Part shown: piece by piece, positions 1 to 15,000 of the stretch
Layout: every line of letters begins with the position of its first letter
How positions within the stretch are numbered: the first letter of the stretch is position 1
From: Lingula anatina
Lineage: Eukaryota; Animalia; Brachiopoda
DNA: 64,000 nucleotides
Reading direction: 5' to 3'
Assembly: GCA_051362555.1 (NCBI GenBank)
Contig: CM120640.1
Span: 36,723,967 to 36,787,966 of the forward strand
Notes under the pieces: generated by a model
Databases searched by the model: none
Seen by the model: only the letters and a program-made list of their open reading frames with translations
Told to the model about the DNA's origin: nothing
Position numbers and translations under genes: made by a program

Positions 1-1
1 G

Positions 2-3000
2 CACAGCAACCGGACTAGTAGCAGTGGGTCTGGGGTGTTGATGGTGGGGCCCAACTTCAGAGTCGGAAAGAAAATAGGGTGTGGGAACTTTGGAGAACTG
101 AGGCTAGGTAAGGTATTCAATATAATTAATGAAGCTCAATTTGAAGGGATGAAATTCAAATGAAAACAAAAAATTTGATAATTTAATATTTTGTAAAATT
201 AATGAAATGTCATAAAATTAGTTGCATGAGCCTGCTTTAGTGCCAATTTTTGGTCAGTCCACATCTTTGACATTTTAATTTATTTTGATTATTTGTTAGA
301 AACAGATGTCTCCACCACAGTAGAAGTCAGAACTGTACTAGACCATTGTTTGCTGTCCTGCTTTGCAAACTTAACCAGATTTTTTACCACTCTTGCTCAC
401 ATATATATATTTTTGCCCTCTATTAAATAAGCAAAAATTTTTCACTGCAAATATTGGGGCATATTATTTCTAAGTAAATGTTTTATCTTGTCTCGCTGTG
501 ACAAACCTATATTTATTCAGCACTCGTAAACTTGCTATTCTGTGCCACAGAAGTTAATCAGCTATGGCCTCTGTTGTTTGGCTAGCACAGCCAGTAAAGA
601 TGAAAATATCAAATGTAAATACATAAAATTTGGGCTATTAATGTACATGTCTATTAATGTACATGTGACTTTGAATAAGGTAACCACCTGAACAAAATGA
701 TAGGTGGGTCATACTATTGTGTAAAGTGACATGAATTGACGTAAAATGGATGTTTATCACTTTAAATCAAATAATAAACCTAATTTATAAATGAAATATT
801 GGAATTTCCAACCAATAAAAATGTTTACCGTTAAATTTCATGAAAGGGATATATTCACAACTATTGATAAAAAGAAATGCTTTTGACGGCTTTTTGGAGT
901 TGAAGAAAGCCTATCTATAAAAGGAAGTAAGTCCTGTTGTCAGAGTCAACAAAATGTACTTAAAAGCTTCCTTATATCTGAATAAAATCATTCAGATGGT
1001 TAAGGTAAGCTATTTTTGGTGTAGAATCCATCGATTGGGTTTATGAGGTCTAATCTACTAATCAAAATGAACAGTTTGTTTTATGTCGTGCCCTTTTGCA
1101 CTTAAGATGGGCCAGTTTGTATAGGTCACAGGTAAAGAGACGCAGGAATGAGTAACCCTATATCATATTATTAACGGTTTGATGGTTTATCTCTGTGGAA
1201 TCCTCCTTGTCTTTGGTCTTAATATAATAAAGGCACCTAAAATGGTGACTAGATAGGCCTGTAGCTAGCAATTTCAAGTGAAAGTGGGTTCTTTTCCTAA
1301 AAAAATATGACCCTTTTTACTGACAGCCTTACGTGTGTTCATAGAACCTGGATCAAATTTTGATTCTGAATGGACTTTTTCCTCTACCAAGATGACGGTT
1401 CATTTGAGCTCCTTTGCCTTCAGGTCTGATACAGTCAGAAAAGCAATCCAAGACCCTGGTCTGTCTGAAACTGTTTTGACACAACCAGGGGATACGAAGT
1501 CAGTTAGCGTCTTCTCAGTCCACTGAACACTCAAACTAGTAGGCCGCAGAAAATTGCTAGTCTGAGACGAAATTTACTGGTCCAAAGATGAAATTTATAG
1601 ATAGTGCAAACATTAATCTAGAAATCTCCACTATTCCAATTGGACTGGTAACTTCAAAAAGTCCTTTATTTTATCTAGTCCAGTGTCAAATCTACCAGTC
1701 AATTGTCTCTGACCAGTGTAGGCTTGTGTCACAGATTGCATGGGTACCTCCGTAGAAAATATCACTGTAACTTATAAGACATATATATGAAGACAGGTCT
1801 ACAGGGAAGCCTCTTCTTACAGCAGTTACTATGAAGGGGCTGGTTCATTGTGTCCAAAAGTAAAAATGATAGAAGTTCATTACAACTTAAGTCCAGTTGA
1901 TTTAAGAACAGTTTCAGGGGGTTCTTAAAACATTGAATTAGAAAGCTTTAATTCACATTCTGGGAGTTGGGGATCCCCTGAAAGGTTATGCTGTATTAAA
2001 ATTATCTGAATAATCAATTATCATAACAAAACATTTTTTTTTCATTTGTTAATTTTCTTTCTGTCATTTTTTCAGGCAAAAATCTGTACAACAATGAACA
2101 CGTGGCAATTAAGTTGGTAAGTATCTGTATTCAGATTGTAAGAATATTTAAGTCTAGCTTGTACTTATTTATATCTGTTAAAAAACACATTAATTTTGAC
2201 TGGCGAGTGATAAGAATTTATATGTACATGCATTGTTGCAGCAAGAAATGGGTTGAAAGTTAATACTGCATTTATCACCTGTACTATTCAGGGATTTGTG
2301 AAAAAACAACCTTACCTTCTGATTGGCATGTTCCCAAAATGGCTGTTATCAATTAATTTGGTATTTGCTACCAAAGAAATAAAATGACAAGTGAGTTCAG
2401 CTAGTAACTTGAAGATTTTTACCAGCCTTCATTTATTTGCATCAGTGACCATTACTTGTTATGTTAAAAAAGATTAACCTAAGACATACATATAGTTCTA
2501 TTGGGAATAATTCATTATGATTAAGCCTTAAATGGTGTTCACAGATGTAAGCATGCATGTTACTTGAACTAAACACTTAAAAGTTTGATCAGCAGATAAA
2601 TTTCTTGCCCCTGAGCAACATATCTAGACAGCGAGATCATTTAATCTATTCTGCTTTCCTGGAATTGCACAGTCACTTCTTTTAAAAGTCAATATATTCT
2701 ATATCAATCAAGTTTTTGAAAAGATTGGTACTGAGGTACTATTATCTCTGTCTAAACCAGGCAAGGCATTTCCCAAATATTTTTATATACTTAGCATGTT
2801 ATCAAAAAACTGTGATGCACTTATAATATACATATTACAGATTAGTTTGCCTCCTTGTTAACATCAAGTACTCCCATTTTGTTCAAAGATGACATAAATA
2901 GTGTGTGAATAACTAATAATGGGCAGTGAGTATTTCCAATCACCTTCATGTGCCATGTTGAACTCATTTTAGTTTTGTGATTTCCTTTCTCCATGTCCTT

Positions 3001-6000
3001 GCTTGTTGCAACCTGGAAGATAACCTCAATGTCGACTGTTCTGGCCACATGGCTAGTTTCTCGTGAGCATATCTAAGAATTTTGTCTGATGCTAAGGGTA
3101 ATTTACCTTGGCAAATGACAATGACAAAATTGAAAGATGCTTGCCAGTTATCAATGTTAGACACAAAATTAATTTTTTAACGTTTTGACGTAAATGGATA
3201 TCAAGCAAGCATCAAGTTGTTTAATTTTATGATATAAGTTTTAAGGCTGAGATTGTCACATGAAATATTAAGTGAGAGATTTCCTTGTAAAAACTGCACT
3301 GATCAATGGCAGAGTTATGTACCTTATAAAGATGGACAGAATCTTATTTCCGGCAACAATGAAAGCATTTTCCTTTCTCTTTTAAGCTTCTCGGTTGTCT
3401 CTTAATAAGATTTTGCAAACTGGCTCAGATTATTGCTTCATGTTTTCATGAGCAGCATCAAAACAAGGAAACATGCCATGATTGACTTATACAAGGTAGC
3501 CAATCACCCTTCAATAATTATTCAATGCAGACCAGTAGAAGGATCTTCATAATGTTAGAGTAGTTAGTAACACTGGCTTGCAACAATTTTAAGACATATA
3601 TTTTTGTATAATATGTAATGGAAAAATAGAAGTTTAATATATACCTGGAATTGAAGTTTATGTGATAGAATTTGGTGTGAGTGCAAGTCTGGACGTGATG
3701 TCTATGCCATCCACAGCATGCTCTTGTCCGTTGAAAAGAGTGGTGCTGATGCTTAAGGGAAAGGGAGTTGGCATATAGCAATAGACTTCTTCAAAAATCA
3801 TAATTTAACAGGATACTAGGAGCCCAGGTGGGTATGTAGAATATCTACCTGGAGTACCTGGTATTTCAAAGCTGTCTTATGCAGCAATCCCCTAAGTTGC
3901 TGGAAAGTAAGTGTTTTCAAGAGCAGCCATGGACATTTATTGGCGAACATTTGAAACTAATGTAGCATGTTTGTTTGTTTTTCAGGAACCCATGAAGTCT
4001 AGGGCACCCCAGTTACATCTAGAGTACAGGTTTTATAAACAACTGGGCCAGTCAGGTGAGTGGGGATAGTTTTGATATAGCATGAGAATAGTTAATAGAA
4101 CTTCATAGCTCTTAATTACCACTTTATCTATATACAGGCGCTGCAGGTGTCTGGATTGATTCTGTTCACCTGTATCTTTCTGCTTGTGATATTATCCTTG
4201 CTGGCAGACAAGCACCCGTTCACCTCAACGTTGTCTTGTCATGTGTTGTCTTTACTTGAAAATGACTGTGAAATTTATCATTGGGAAAATGGAGGTCAGT
4301 TTCGAAAATCGGCGCATATGTTATTTATTAACAGTTATCTAATATGGTGTTTTGCCTACTTTTCTTTATCTTTTTGCCTGTTATATTTCTGTTCACGTTG
4401 CAATTCCCTGACAGGTTTGCCATGTTTGAAGCACAGTGCATGTTTTAAAAACCAGCATCATCATAATTGCACCACCAGCTTGGTGCATGCCAATGGTTTT
4501 CTAGACTTGTGTTTCTCAGAAGTGCAGGCTTGTATTTTGTCAATGTTAAGGCTTTTGCAGACTTTACGAAAGGCCAAAAAATCTGTCAGACATTCTGTCT
4601 GACAAGCTTGAAAATTCTGTCAGACCGAAACAAAATCTGTCAGACCGAAGTAAAATAATAAAAATATGAACCATTATTCATCTTTTCATGTGTATTTTCT
4701 AACGTTTTAAATCATTGACATTAAATCAATTATTAAATTTTTGATATATATTTATTTGTAAAAAAGTAAAATAAAAAAATAGGCAAAAAATTACTTGCAT
4801 AACAAGTTGCTTTTTATTTAATGAAAAAGATGCTGTGGAATGACACAAGGACTAAAAACAATACAAGTATGAAGAATGTGTAGCTATTAATATCAAATGT
4901 ATACATGTCCATAAAAACGTCTGTTAATCAGATAACCATTTCACACATTGTTTTTGGCAATAACATATGCATTTTGAAACAGCACAATTGAAGCTTTGAC
5001 AGGGACTGTCCGGTCCGAGTCTAAGTTTCTTCTTCATTTTATTTCTTTTTTTTTATAAAAAGAAACTCAAACTGTGAGCTTTCATCAAGTTCATGTGCAC
5101 TTTCTCCAACTAGTGGTGAACGGTACATGCAAATACGTACATATGTTCCATAATTTAAGAACCCGTAATAAAGCTGTAACATTTATGTTGCTATTGATCA
5201 AAATGATAACTGTAGTACTCCTGACACTCGGCACACACTATTTTCCTCTCCTACAGATCATAAGTCCACCAGGGCCTACCTTCTTTCCAATTTTAATAAA
5301 CTTCCGTTTCTCTTCCTCACTTCATTTTCATTTTTGCCACGCTTTGCACCAACGAAGTGTTTAAAGTTCAACAACGTCATTTCTAAGCAAAAAGCTTATC
5401 CATGAGTACTATGTACGACTGATAATGAAGAAACAGAGGATCAAGTCTGTAAAAACGCAAATAGCACGAGCACATGTGTTGCGGCCATCTTGTTGTGTAG
5501 GGGTATTACGAAAACGTAAACGAGACTGTACATTACATCACTCAGGAATCCCCCAACCTCAGCCAGTCACAAAATAGTATTTGTGAGTGAAACTGAGGTT
5601 AATATATTATGTATAATTACTTGGGAACTCCCCGAGATTTTCACCCCGTCTCTCTTTTTGACTGAAGTAAAATATATCGTCCAGAAAAGAAACAACAACG
5701 TATTCCTTATATTTACACATTCCCAGTCAGTTTGAAAACTCGCCGGACATAAGGTCCGACGATACAGGATTTTTTATCGGACCGAGACGAAATTTGCCAG
5801 GCATGTCCGACGGTCCGACGCCTTTCGTAAAGTCTGCTTTTGTATTAGTGATAACCATCATCTGTTGATACTGGCAGGCACAGTTTTTCCTTGGTTATGT
5901 ACTAACTGAGCAAATGCTAGAATATATAATTGTGTGAGCTGGAATTTTGCATGCACCAGTGTACTGTATTGGAGACCTTAGGGCAAGTTGGATTATAGTC

Positions 6001-9000
6001 ACAGCTGGATGATTTTCACCCAAGTTACCATGTTTTTAGTTAATTGTAGCCATTTGTCGTAATTGTGTATCCATTTGAGCCAGCACTTGGATGTGTAATT
6101 TTATAAAATGTCAGCAGGATGATGTTTTGCACATGTCTTAGATATGATTGAAGTGATTTCGTCCTGGCCACCGTTCTTTGGGTTTCAACAACAATGATAA
6201 CAATATTCCTACATAATATCTATGCCACAGATAAATTTGCTGCCTCAAAAGGAACAATAACAAAGAAGACTGCTTATAGAGTGGTATGGTTTAAAGTATT
6301 GTATATTATCCACCAACACAAACATTACAAACTGCATTTATGACAGTCCACAAGGCATGGGTTACCCTGTTTGCTGAACAAATCAATAGTGCTGTGGTTA
6401 TGGCAGTCCATGTTGTAGTAACCGGAGGGATACTTTGCACATTAAGTAGGACTACTTGCATGCTGAAAGTAGATAAGATGAAATTTCTTATCCTGTTATA
6501 CAGATGGATTATGGTTTCGCGAGCAAGGTCCCCGCATTGTTGTATTGTGTTAATAGATTATATTAATCAAATTTAATTAGGTTGAAGTCATAAAGAAGTT
6601 TTATTGTGTATTATGTGTGAAGAACTTGTGCTCTCTGTTAGATGGGTTTTGTGGTATATTAAGAGAGTGGGGGACTTATTTTTGTAGATAAACCCAATTT
6701 CCTCCAATAGCCTTTTAGAATTGAGAGATTGGTTCCGAAAAACAGATGTCTAGTTGCCTGAAAACTCTCCGAGTTATCAAAGGTAACCTAGTTTTGATCA
6801 TTTGATCACTCACATTTGAGATTCAAAATGGTAGAATGTTTGGGCAGCAAACACAGACAGAGCAATTTAGATAAGAAATTATAGTGTGACATAAAGGTAA
6901 AAGCTTCCTCTGGCTGTTTTGATTTGAAGATCGAAAGGATGTTGAAAATATTATGTTTCATCACCATCAGAGTTTGACTTAAAAAATGGACAGAAAAAAA
7001 AACAAAGCTTCATATACATTATGAATCCCTCCTAAATGGTATTTTTTACATACTCTATAGAGATTTGCTTTTCTCTTTCTAGAAAAGCATTAAGTAGGCT
7101 TGCGTACTTAAGGATGTAGATAACAGGGGTAGCTATCTTCTAAACCGGCCAAGATATACCAACATGTTACATATCAATAGAAAGCTTATTTCAACAGCTC
7201 TTCATTTCATATCCTTATTTTATTATGTAATCGTTACGTAATGAGATATAATGCTTAATAGGTGTGCTCAACATGATCTTTACACCCTAAAAACTAGAAG
7301 TCCACTACAAATGGACATGTGTAGACAGCTTGACTCATGAGCCCTCATAGGGATCAACAAGAATGCGCCTCAAATTAGCGATATGTGTTAAATTAGCAGA
7401 GATATCAAAATAAACTTGGTTTCCAGTTCAACGAGACCCCCTAGCCTAACTAAAGCATGCCTAAGTTGAAAACGGAGCTGATGTTATGAAATCCCAGACA
7501 CATACTTTCAGACAAACCTTAGATCTAACGAATGAATACCAGCTTTCATCAGTTGAAAGTTCTAATTAATTTTGACACTGGTCTATATCGTTCTCTTGAA
7601 GCCATAAACTGAAGCAGAGAAATCAGCCTTTTAGTGCTCCCCGGAGATTCCAACGTTATATAATCAGTGAGCTGCATTGGCAAGCTGAGAAATTTAGTTA
7701 TTTATACTGGTTCAGCCCTCTACTCACTGCCTATGTAACTGTCACAATGTCTTTCATCCATTTTCAACATTAATATTGAACATTTTCAACCGGAGGCCCC
7801 CTCCATGCATTGACAGCAGCCACCATGTTAGTCGTGACGTCAGCATTCTTCACCATGTGACACCTAGGGGGAGTGCCTTTGCCCATATACGTCTCATCTA
7901 TATGTCTGCTTTTCAAAGCTTTAATAGATCGTCAGAATTAAGTTCACTGATAAATTCAAAATGAAAAGTATTGTTTGGCAAGTGAAAGCGCGACGTTACT
8001 CACAGAATGTGATAGGCTTAGCAGCAATCTAGTACGGGAAATATACAGCTGCACAGTGGAGCTGCCAATCAAACACATATATGGACAAGTGTGACCTACT
8101 TTAAAACTCAGACACGCTACCACAGGGGTAAATCAGCAATTAGGCTAAAATTACGGGTTTATTTGTAAACTTTCATTATTTTAAGATAGGCTGATATGTA
8201 GTTGATATTTCATCTATCTAATACTGACAAATTCAGAAAAACACCCAAATTTTGACAATTTACTGTTATCTACATCCTTAAAAGGGGCTAATGCAGCAAT
8301 TTGGACTGTAGTATGAAACCTTTGGCAATAATCAGATCTTTAACTCATGTTGGCTTTTCTGTATCTTTGCACTGAGTAACTATGTTGTTGCTTGCTGGCC
8401 TAGTATAGCTTATGGTAGTACTGAATGGGCAATCTAGTAGATAAAAGTTATTTTTGAAAGCTGTGTTAATTTTTCATGAAACTGTTATGGATGCACAGAA
8501 GCAGTGATAATGGAATCCTTGTTTCATTTTTTTTCAAACTGCTGCAAGCTTGTTTTGTTTGCCAAGTCTGTTTGCATTGGTTGTAAAAAAATCACAAAAG
8601 TATATTCAATATACGAAGCACATAAGATATAAAGCCAAAGGCAGCAGTCAATCACTCAGATTGTCCACAGAATGTTAATAAAAGAGTCAAAATATATGAT
8701 TTCACTTTATTTATGGTTTATTTATGGTTATATCTTGGGTTAGTTTTATGAAGACAGATGTTATTTGAAAATTGATTTTATTGAAAATAATTCTTGTGAT
8801 ATACCATTGTAGATTGAGTTGCCATATGAACCTTTTTACATTAATTTTATGTCTTTTATTTCATGTTTTCCTATCTCAATCACTCCTGCTCATGCATCTA
8901 TCAACTTCTTAAATATGTAATTAAATCTCTCTGTTTTTGCTTTTAAACATAATATTTTGATTACACATTTAACCTCATTTGTGTTGGAGTTTGAAAAAAG

Positions 9001-12000
9001 AAAACTTGTTGAATAGAAAGTTAACAGAAATTCAATGAAAACAATGTAGAAACAAAACAGTTTGAGAAAAATATAACATCCAGATCAATATGACACTGTG
9101 TTCATTTTATTTTCCAGAGGGTGTTCCCCAAGTCTACTACTTCGGACCATGTGGCAAATACAATGCATTGGTTTTGGAACTTCTTGGGCCTAGCTTAGAA
9201 GATTTGTTTGACCTCTGTGACAGAAAATTTTCCCTAAAAACAGTGCTAATGATCGCTATCCAACTTGTGAGTATGCAATAACCGTTGTGCTTCTTAAAGA
9301 AAAATTCATATTATCATGAAAGTCATGAGCATAAAAGCTACAGCAACCACTCACCTGTTACTTGATATTTGCATTTAATATCCTTAACGGGGTTTGTGTT
9401 TTGCATGTTAAGTGAACAAACACATTATTTGAATGAGATTACAGCAGTGTGTGCTGTCATTGGGGGTCACTGAGGTGAAGTGAGCTTAATTTTGTTTTTT
9501 GGAGCGCAGATCAATATGTTAAGTACTGCATGATTCTTAGTGAAAACTAAGAACTGAATTTATATTTAGGCAGTGGTCATGGTTACAGCACTAGTGACTG
9601 TATATATATATAGAGAGAGAGAGAGTGAGAGAGAGAATGAGAGAGAGATTACAGAAAACTGAAATGTTGTAAATAATATGAGAGTTGTGTAAATAAAGAC
9701 TCTTTTAATACAAATGGCTGTTCATATCCAGATCCAGTTTCCTAAATCCTGAATGAAAATTGGGATTACACAGATGTACTTGCATCTGTTTTCCAAGGCA
9801 AACTTTGAACAAATATATTTCATATATTCAAGATGATTCAAATGCCTGTATATCATCTAAATATTCCTATAACTAAAAGCATCCTGAAACTTAGAGAATA
9901 GATAGGTTTTACTTCTATGATAATTTGAGACTCCCTTTGCAAGATAACATTGAGATTATGTGAAGTATACAGTTTGTCACTCTTTGTATTGTAGAGAAAA
10001 GCATTTAGGTTTGTTTTTTGTCAATGATCAAGTATCTAATCATCTGAGCCTATTTAAATGTTGAATAAATTGCGCTTTGAGGTACATCAAGTATAAGGAG
10101 CCCAATGTTGATAATCATCATGTTACTTTTGTCTGCTTATCCACATCTCTTACAAAATTGGGTCAGTATTTCAGCCTGCTTGAGTCTGAGTATGGCGTTG
10201 TGTTTGGCTGTAGACACGGTGCATATTCTGTGCAGTAATTATAGTGAAAATAAGATTTTATCCTGCTTATCTCAAACTGAAAATTAGGTTAAATGGTCTT
10301 TTTTAAGATGGTACAGAAGTCGGTAGTTCTGACCTGTGAATAGCTTTTTGAAATGGACATTTCAGCAACATGAAAAAATGTATAAGCTTACTGTTTATTA
10401 AAGCAGAAAACATCAGATAGTGTTGAGTGTACATTAATGAGATCTTGAAACCATTTTAAGAGGAGTTTCTGCATTTTAATGTTCAACTTTCACTGCTACC
10501 TGTTTCATGTTTTTGTAAATCATTGAACAGAATAACTTAAATAACTTAGTAATTGTATGTTTTTAGTTGTCATGTTTTGCCACACATTTTGATTCAAATC
10601 CATTGATGAATATAAACAATCTTAATACTGACTGGACCCATACTTGTAACACACATACTTGATTAACAATTCAAGAATATTTCATTCAATTAATTTTGAA
10701 ATTTAGCACAGTGATGTGCATAGAAATTACAAAAATGACATAAAAATAGCTGTGTTTCTTATTTTCTGTCGTAAACAGCCATGTTATCCCTCATGCAAAT
10801 GTGATGTTACTGTGAATGCCTCTGGGATTGAGTAGAGTCAAATAAACATTTTTACGAAAAATAATTAGAAAAGGCTTGGAGAAACTGGAGTCACACAGGT
10901 TTTACTTTTCAACCAGTCGCAGTTTTTTTAAGGCTTCACAAAACGAGGACCAGGATCTTTTTGAGATAAAATTATAAGGCCTCATCAGTGTCGTCACACA
11001 GATTGAAGAGTCTTTATTGTACAGTGGTCTCCTTTAATATTATTTCCTCTTGTGTCAAAGGTCTGAACAGACGATTTAAGAGCATGAGTTCAGTTCTTTA
11101 AGCAATAAATTAATGATCCATTGTTCTTTTCAGGTTACAAGAATGGAGTACGTGCACTCAAAACACTTGATATATAGAGATGTCAAACCAGAAAATTTCC
11201 TAATAGGAAGGCAGTCAGCCAAAAAACAACACATTATATACATTATTGATTTTGGCCTAGCCAAAGAATACATAGATCCAGAAACCCACAAGCATATACC
11301 CTACAGAGAACACAAAAGCCTGACTGGGACAGCCAGGTATATGAGTATAAATACTCATTTGGGCAAAGGTAAGAGTACTGCTGATTTTCAAATTTATTTT
11401 ATGATTTTTTTCCAACGTAAACGCTTCCAAAAGGAGTTGCTGCAAATTTGAGATGGGTTCAGGAAATATGTTAAATTGCAGATTCTCCATAGACAAACTG
11501 ATAGTAATAATTTATTCTGTTAATATATATATATATATATACAATAGAAATTGAGCTGTAAATATAAACATGTTGTTGGTTCAGATTATGTTTAAGATAT
11601 AAATACGACAATGAATTACATCTCAAATAAATACGTCAAAATGTTTTTCAAGCCATCCATTTTCTTTCCAGAGCAGAGTCGGCGGGATGATTTAGAAGCA
11701 TTAGGCCACATGTTTATGTATTTCCTTCGAGGCAGTTTACCTTGGCAAGGGCTAAAAGCTGACACTCTCAAAGAGCGCTATCAGAAGATTGGGGACACAA
11801 AACGGGCCACACCGATTGAAGTATTATGTGAAAATTTTCCAGGTAAGATATAACCATGACATTGTGACCTAGTTTGCTGGGAATTGGTCATCATAGTTGC
11901 ACAGTTACACTGATACTAAATGGCACACTGATACTAAATGTCACACTGCTCTGGCTGAAGAGGATTCAAAGATATCTGATTTAGCCATCTAAAATATAGC

Positions 12001-15000
12001 GTCTCTTGTTTCAAAAGTTATTTCTTACTTTCTGTGAAATGAGGTCAATACCTTAAATTTTGCTGCTATGGACATCAAATAGGGAGTCACATAGGTGGCA
12101 AAATTTTCTAGGATTACTTTAAGACATTCTCCTAGAGGCAAGGTTGAATTGTCCTTGTCTCCACTTTGTACGGGGAAATGCATATCATGACTTGTGTGAT
12201 TATATATATATATTCTTGAAAGAATGTTTATACTGTCTTAGTGTAAAGCTTTTAGGTAGACCGTGCATATTATCACATTTTATATAAATGAAGATTCATT
12301 TAGCACATATTGTTAGTGAGTGGTGTTATCATGGTAACCAATTGTAACTTTGGTATCAGTATGTCTGTACAAAGTATGTGCAAGGTCTCAAACCCCCCCC
12401 CCCAAAAAAAAAAAAAAAAAAAAGTGTAGCTGGGGGTGTAATTTAAAAGATTCGTGCCAATTACTAACACGGTTCTGTTCAAAAGCAAATAATTAATTGG
12501 TTGTCTTTAGTTTTTATCTTCTCTCCCTTTTCATTTTTTCAACAACATAGAAACCTGATTTCTCTTGTTCATGTGAATTATACGTGGGACTGCTCCATTA
12601 CAGTGACTTTCTTAATCTCTAATGTTTTATTGTCTTTATTTTGCAGAGGAACTAGCTACATATCTCCGGTATGTTAGGAGGTTAGACTTTTTTGAAACTC
12701 CAGACTATGACTACTTACGGAAACTTTTTACTGATCTCATGGCAAAGAAAGGATGGGAGTGTGACTGGGAGTTCGACTGGACTGGGAGACAGTTGGTAAG
12801 GGGAGAAATCTTGGTAAAGTAGCAAAGCTATAGATAAATTGTTTTATGATGTGTTTGTACAAAAGTAACCACAAATAATAATGAATTGAACAGAACAGTT
12901 CAATTTTCATTTGTTTAATATTGAACTATAATGCAGAAGTTTGTATTTTAATGAAGAAATCTGTTTTTTGCTTCATATATAAATAAATCGGGAGCTAAAT
13001 ATGAAGGAAAAATGAAAAAAATCAATATGTTATGGAAGTGTGAAGTTCTGGTGTTAAGGATATGGTTGCACATTTCAGTCAACTCCATCAGGATCTATTC
13101 ACACAACAGAAGGTGCCACTTCTCCAAACAGGGATGGCGAAGGGAGAGTCAGACACAACACCCAAACCAATAAGGTACTGAGACTAAAACTCTATCTGTA
13201 CTCTTCTGTATATCTGTTGTTGAACTATGTTCCAGGACATTTTTGTGTATATGTACTTGTTACACTTACGAGGACTGTTGTTTTATATGTACCACCAGCT
13301 AGGAAGCTGGAGGCACTTTGGATTGCAATGGTCCATGTCTGACGCCTTGTCTCTGCAAAGAAATTCTAAGACTGTTAGGGTTGTTAAACTCCCCCCCCCC
13401 CCCCAACCCCCCAAACCCCCTAATGTATTCTAATTGCTTGGAAGGGTATTTGTCCCCTACCAATTGATAATTGTTTACTTGTAGGCTGACAATTTATCGT
13501 GGATGTTCTTCAGTGTCCTTTCAATTACTGTAATAGATTCAGTTACTGTTTTAGCCCCCCCCTCTCCCCCCCCCGCCCCCCCCCCAAAAAAAAAAAATTA
13601 TAAACAATAAAATAAATAAATAAATAAATAATGAAATTTATTGATAAATAAATATATAAATAAGTTTGTCTAAGTGTTCCATGAGCTGGACTGGTTGCTG
13701 TCTGAGGTGCTCATAAACTGTTCTTGTTTTAAAAAGAAATACAATGTATCCTTTTAAGAAGTGTAATGAGAGAGAGAGAGAGAAGAAATAAAGATTATCC
13801 CACCTTTAGTTTCAATTCATGTAAACTGTTTACAACTTGCAGCTCTACTGAATTTATTTTGTTATTTTTTTTTTTTTTGTACATTCTTTAACCTTCTTGT
13901 TTTCTAAATTACAAACAATAAGAGGGTTTTGCTGAATGATGACAATAGAAAAACAAATGTTGATGAAGCTTTTCCTAAAACAGCCACAGGGTCTTGGAAC
14001 TAAGGGATTAAATGTGATTTTTAAAATTGTTAAACCTAAGAAATATTTGAATACCCACAGATAAACAGCTCTCAGTCTTAAGAAAATATCTCTTGATAAA
14101 AATGTTACATTTTAAAAAGGATTCTTAGTTTATCAACACTTGGGTCAAAAGATATATCCCTGGGTTTTGTTGGCAACCTTAGATATCCCAGCATGCTCTG
14201 TATTATACAAGTATTATAGATACTTGAACTATTGCAAGTTCTATCAAATCTTGAGACTGACACCATGTTGATATCCCTGATCTCTATGAATTGTATTATC
14301 CTGGCTGGTGGTACATGACTTAGAGGCGCCCCACGCCTCTCTTACCTTCTAGTTTAGATAACAGACATCACTTTATATGCACTAAATATGTTTACAAAAG
14401 CTTTACACTGCTGGTGATCTTAACATTTAGAAAACACTAACACCACATAACTAAAATTAGAATTAACATGTGAAGAAAGCACTGGGTGTTTTTCATGTGG
14501 AAAGTCAGCAAAAGAAAAAGTGACCTGGTGGAAAAACTGCCAGATCTGTGTAATGTTATGAGGACAGCAGAGGGTTTAACTTAAAAAATGATAATTTTTG
14601 ATATAAGGCAATTGGCATTTCAAAGGGGAAAAGGGACCACATTGGAGAGTAGTTAATGAAAAAGCTGTTGATTGAAGAAATTGTAAAAACATTGTTTAAG
14701 TGAATTACACGGCCAATGATGAAATACAGTAATTATCTCTACATCTTTTTCAATACAACAATCATCTCAGACTGCACTGATTTTAATTGAATCAATTCTG
14801 AAAAAAAAAGGAGAAAAAAAATGCAAAAATTGCTGCAGACACAATACAGTTGCAGTTCGCTTTAAAAAGCAATACATCTCCTCAATTTTGCAGCAATCAA
14901 ACCCAAGGGGTACTGCATGGGGAGAACCACAGAGACCTAATAATTATCTGGGTCCTAATCTTACTCCTGCCGATCGGCATGGGGGCTCTGTTCAGGTATG

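Noticed and set aside
1450-1740. Remnant with repeated actggtcc/actggcc motifs (similar at 25640-25720)
   Set aside because: Looks like a decayed MITE, but no intact TIR pair or TSD could be fixed.
4147-4658. 151-aa and 63-aa ORFs in a CK1-gamma intron
   Set aside because: They cross a transposon boundary, start at non-ATG codons and have no recognisable domain.
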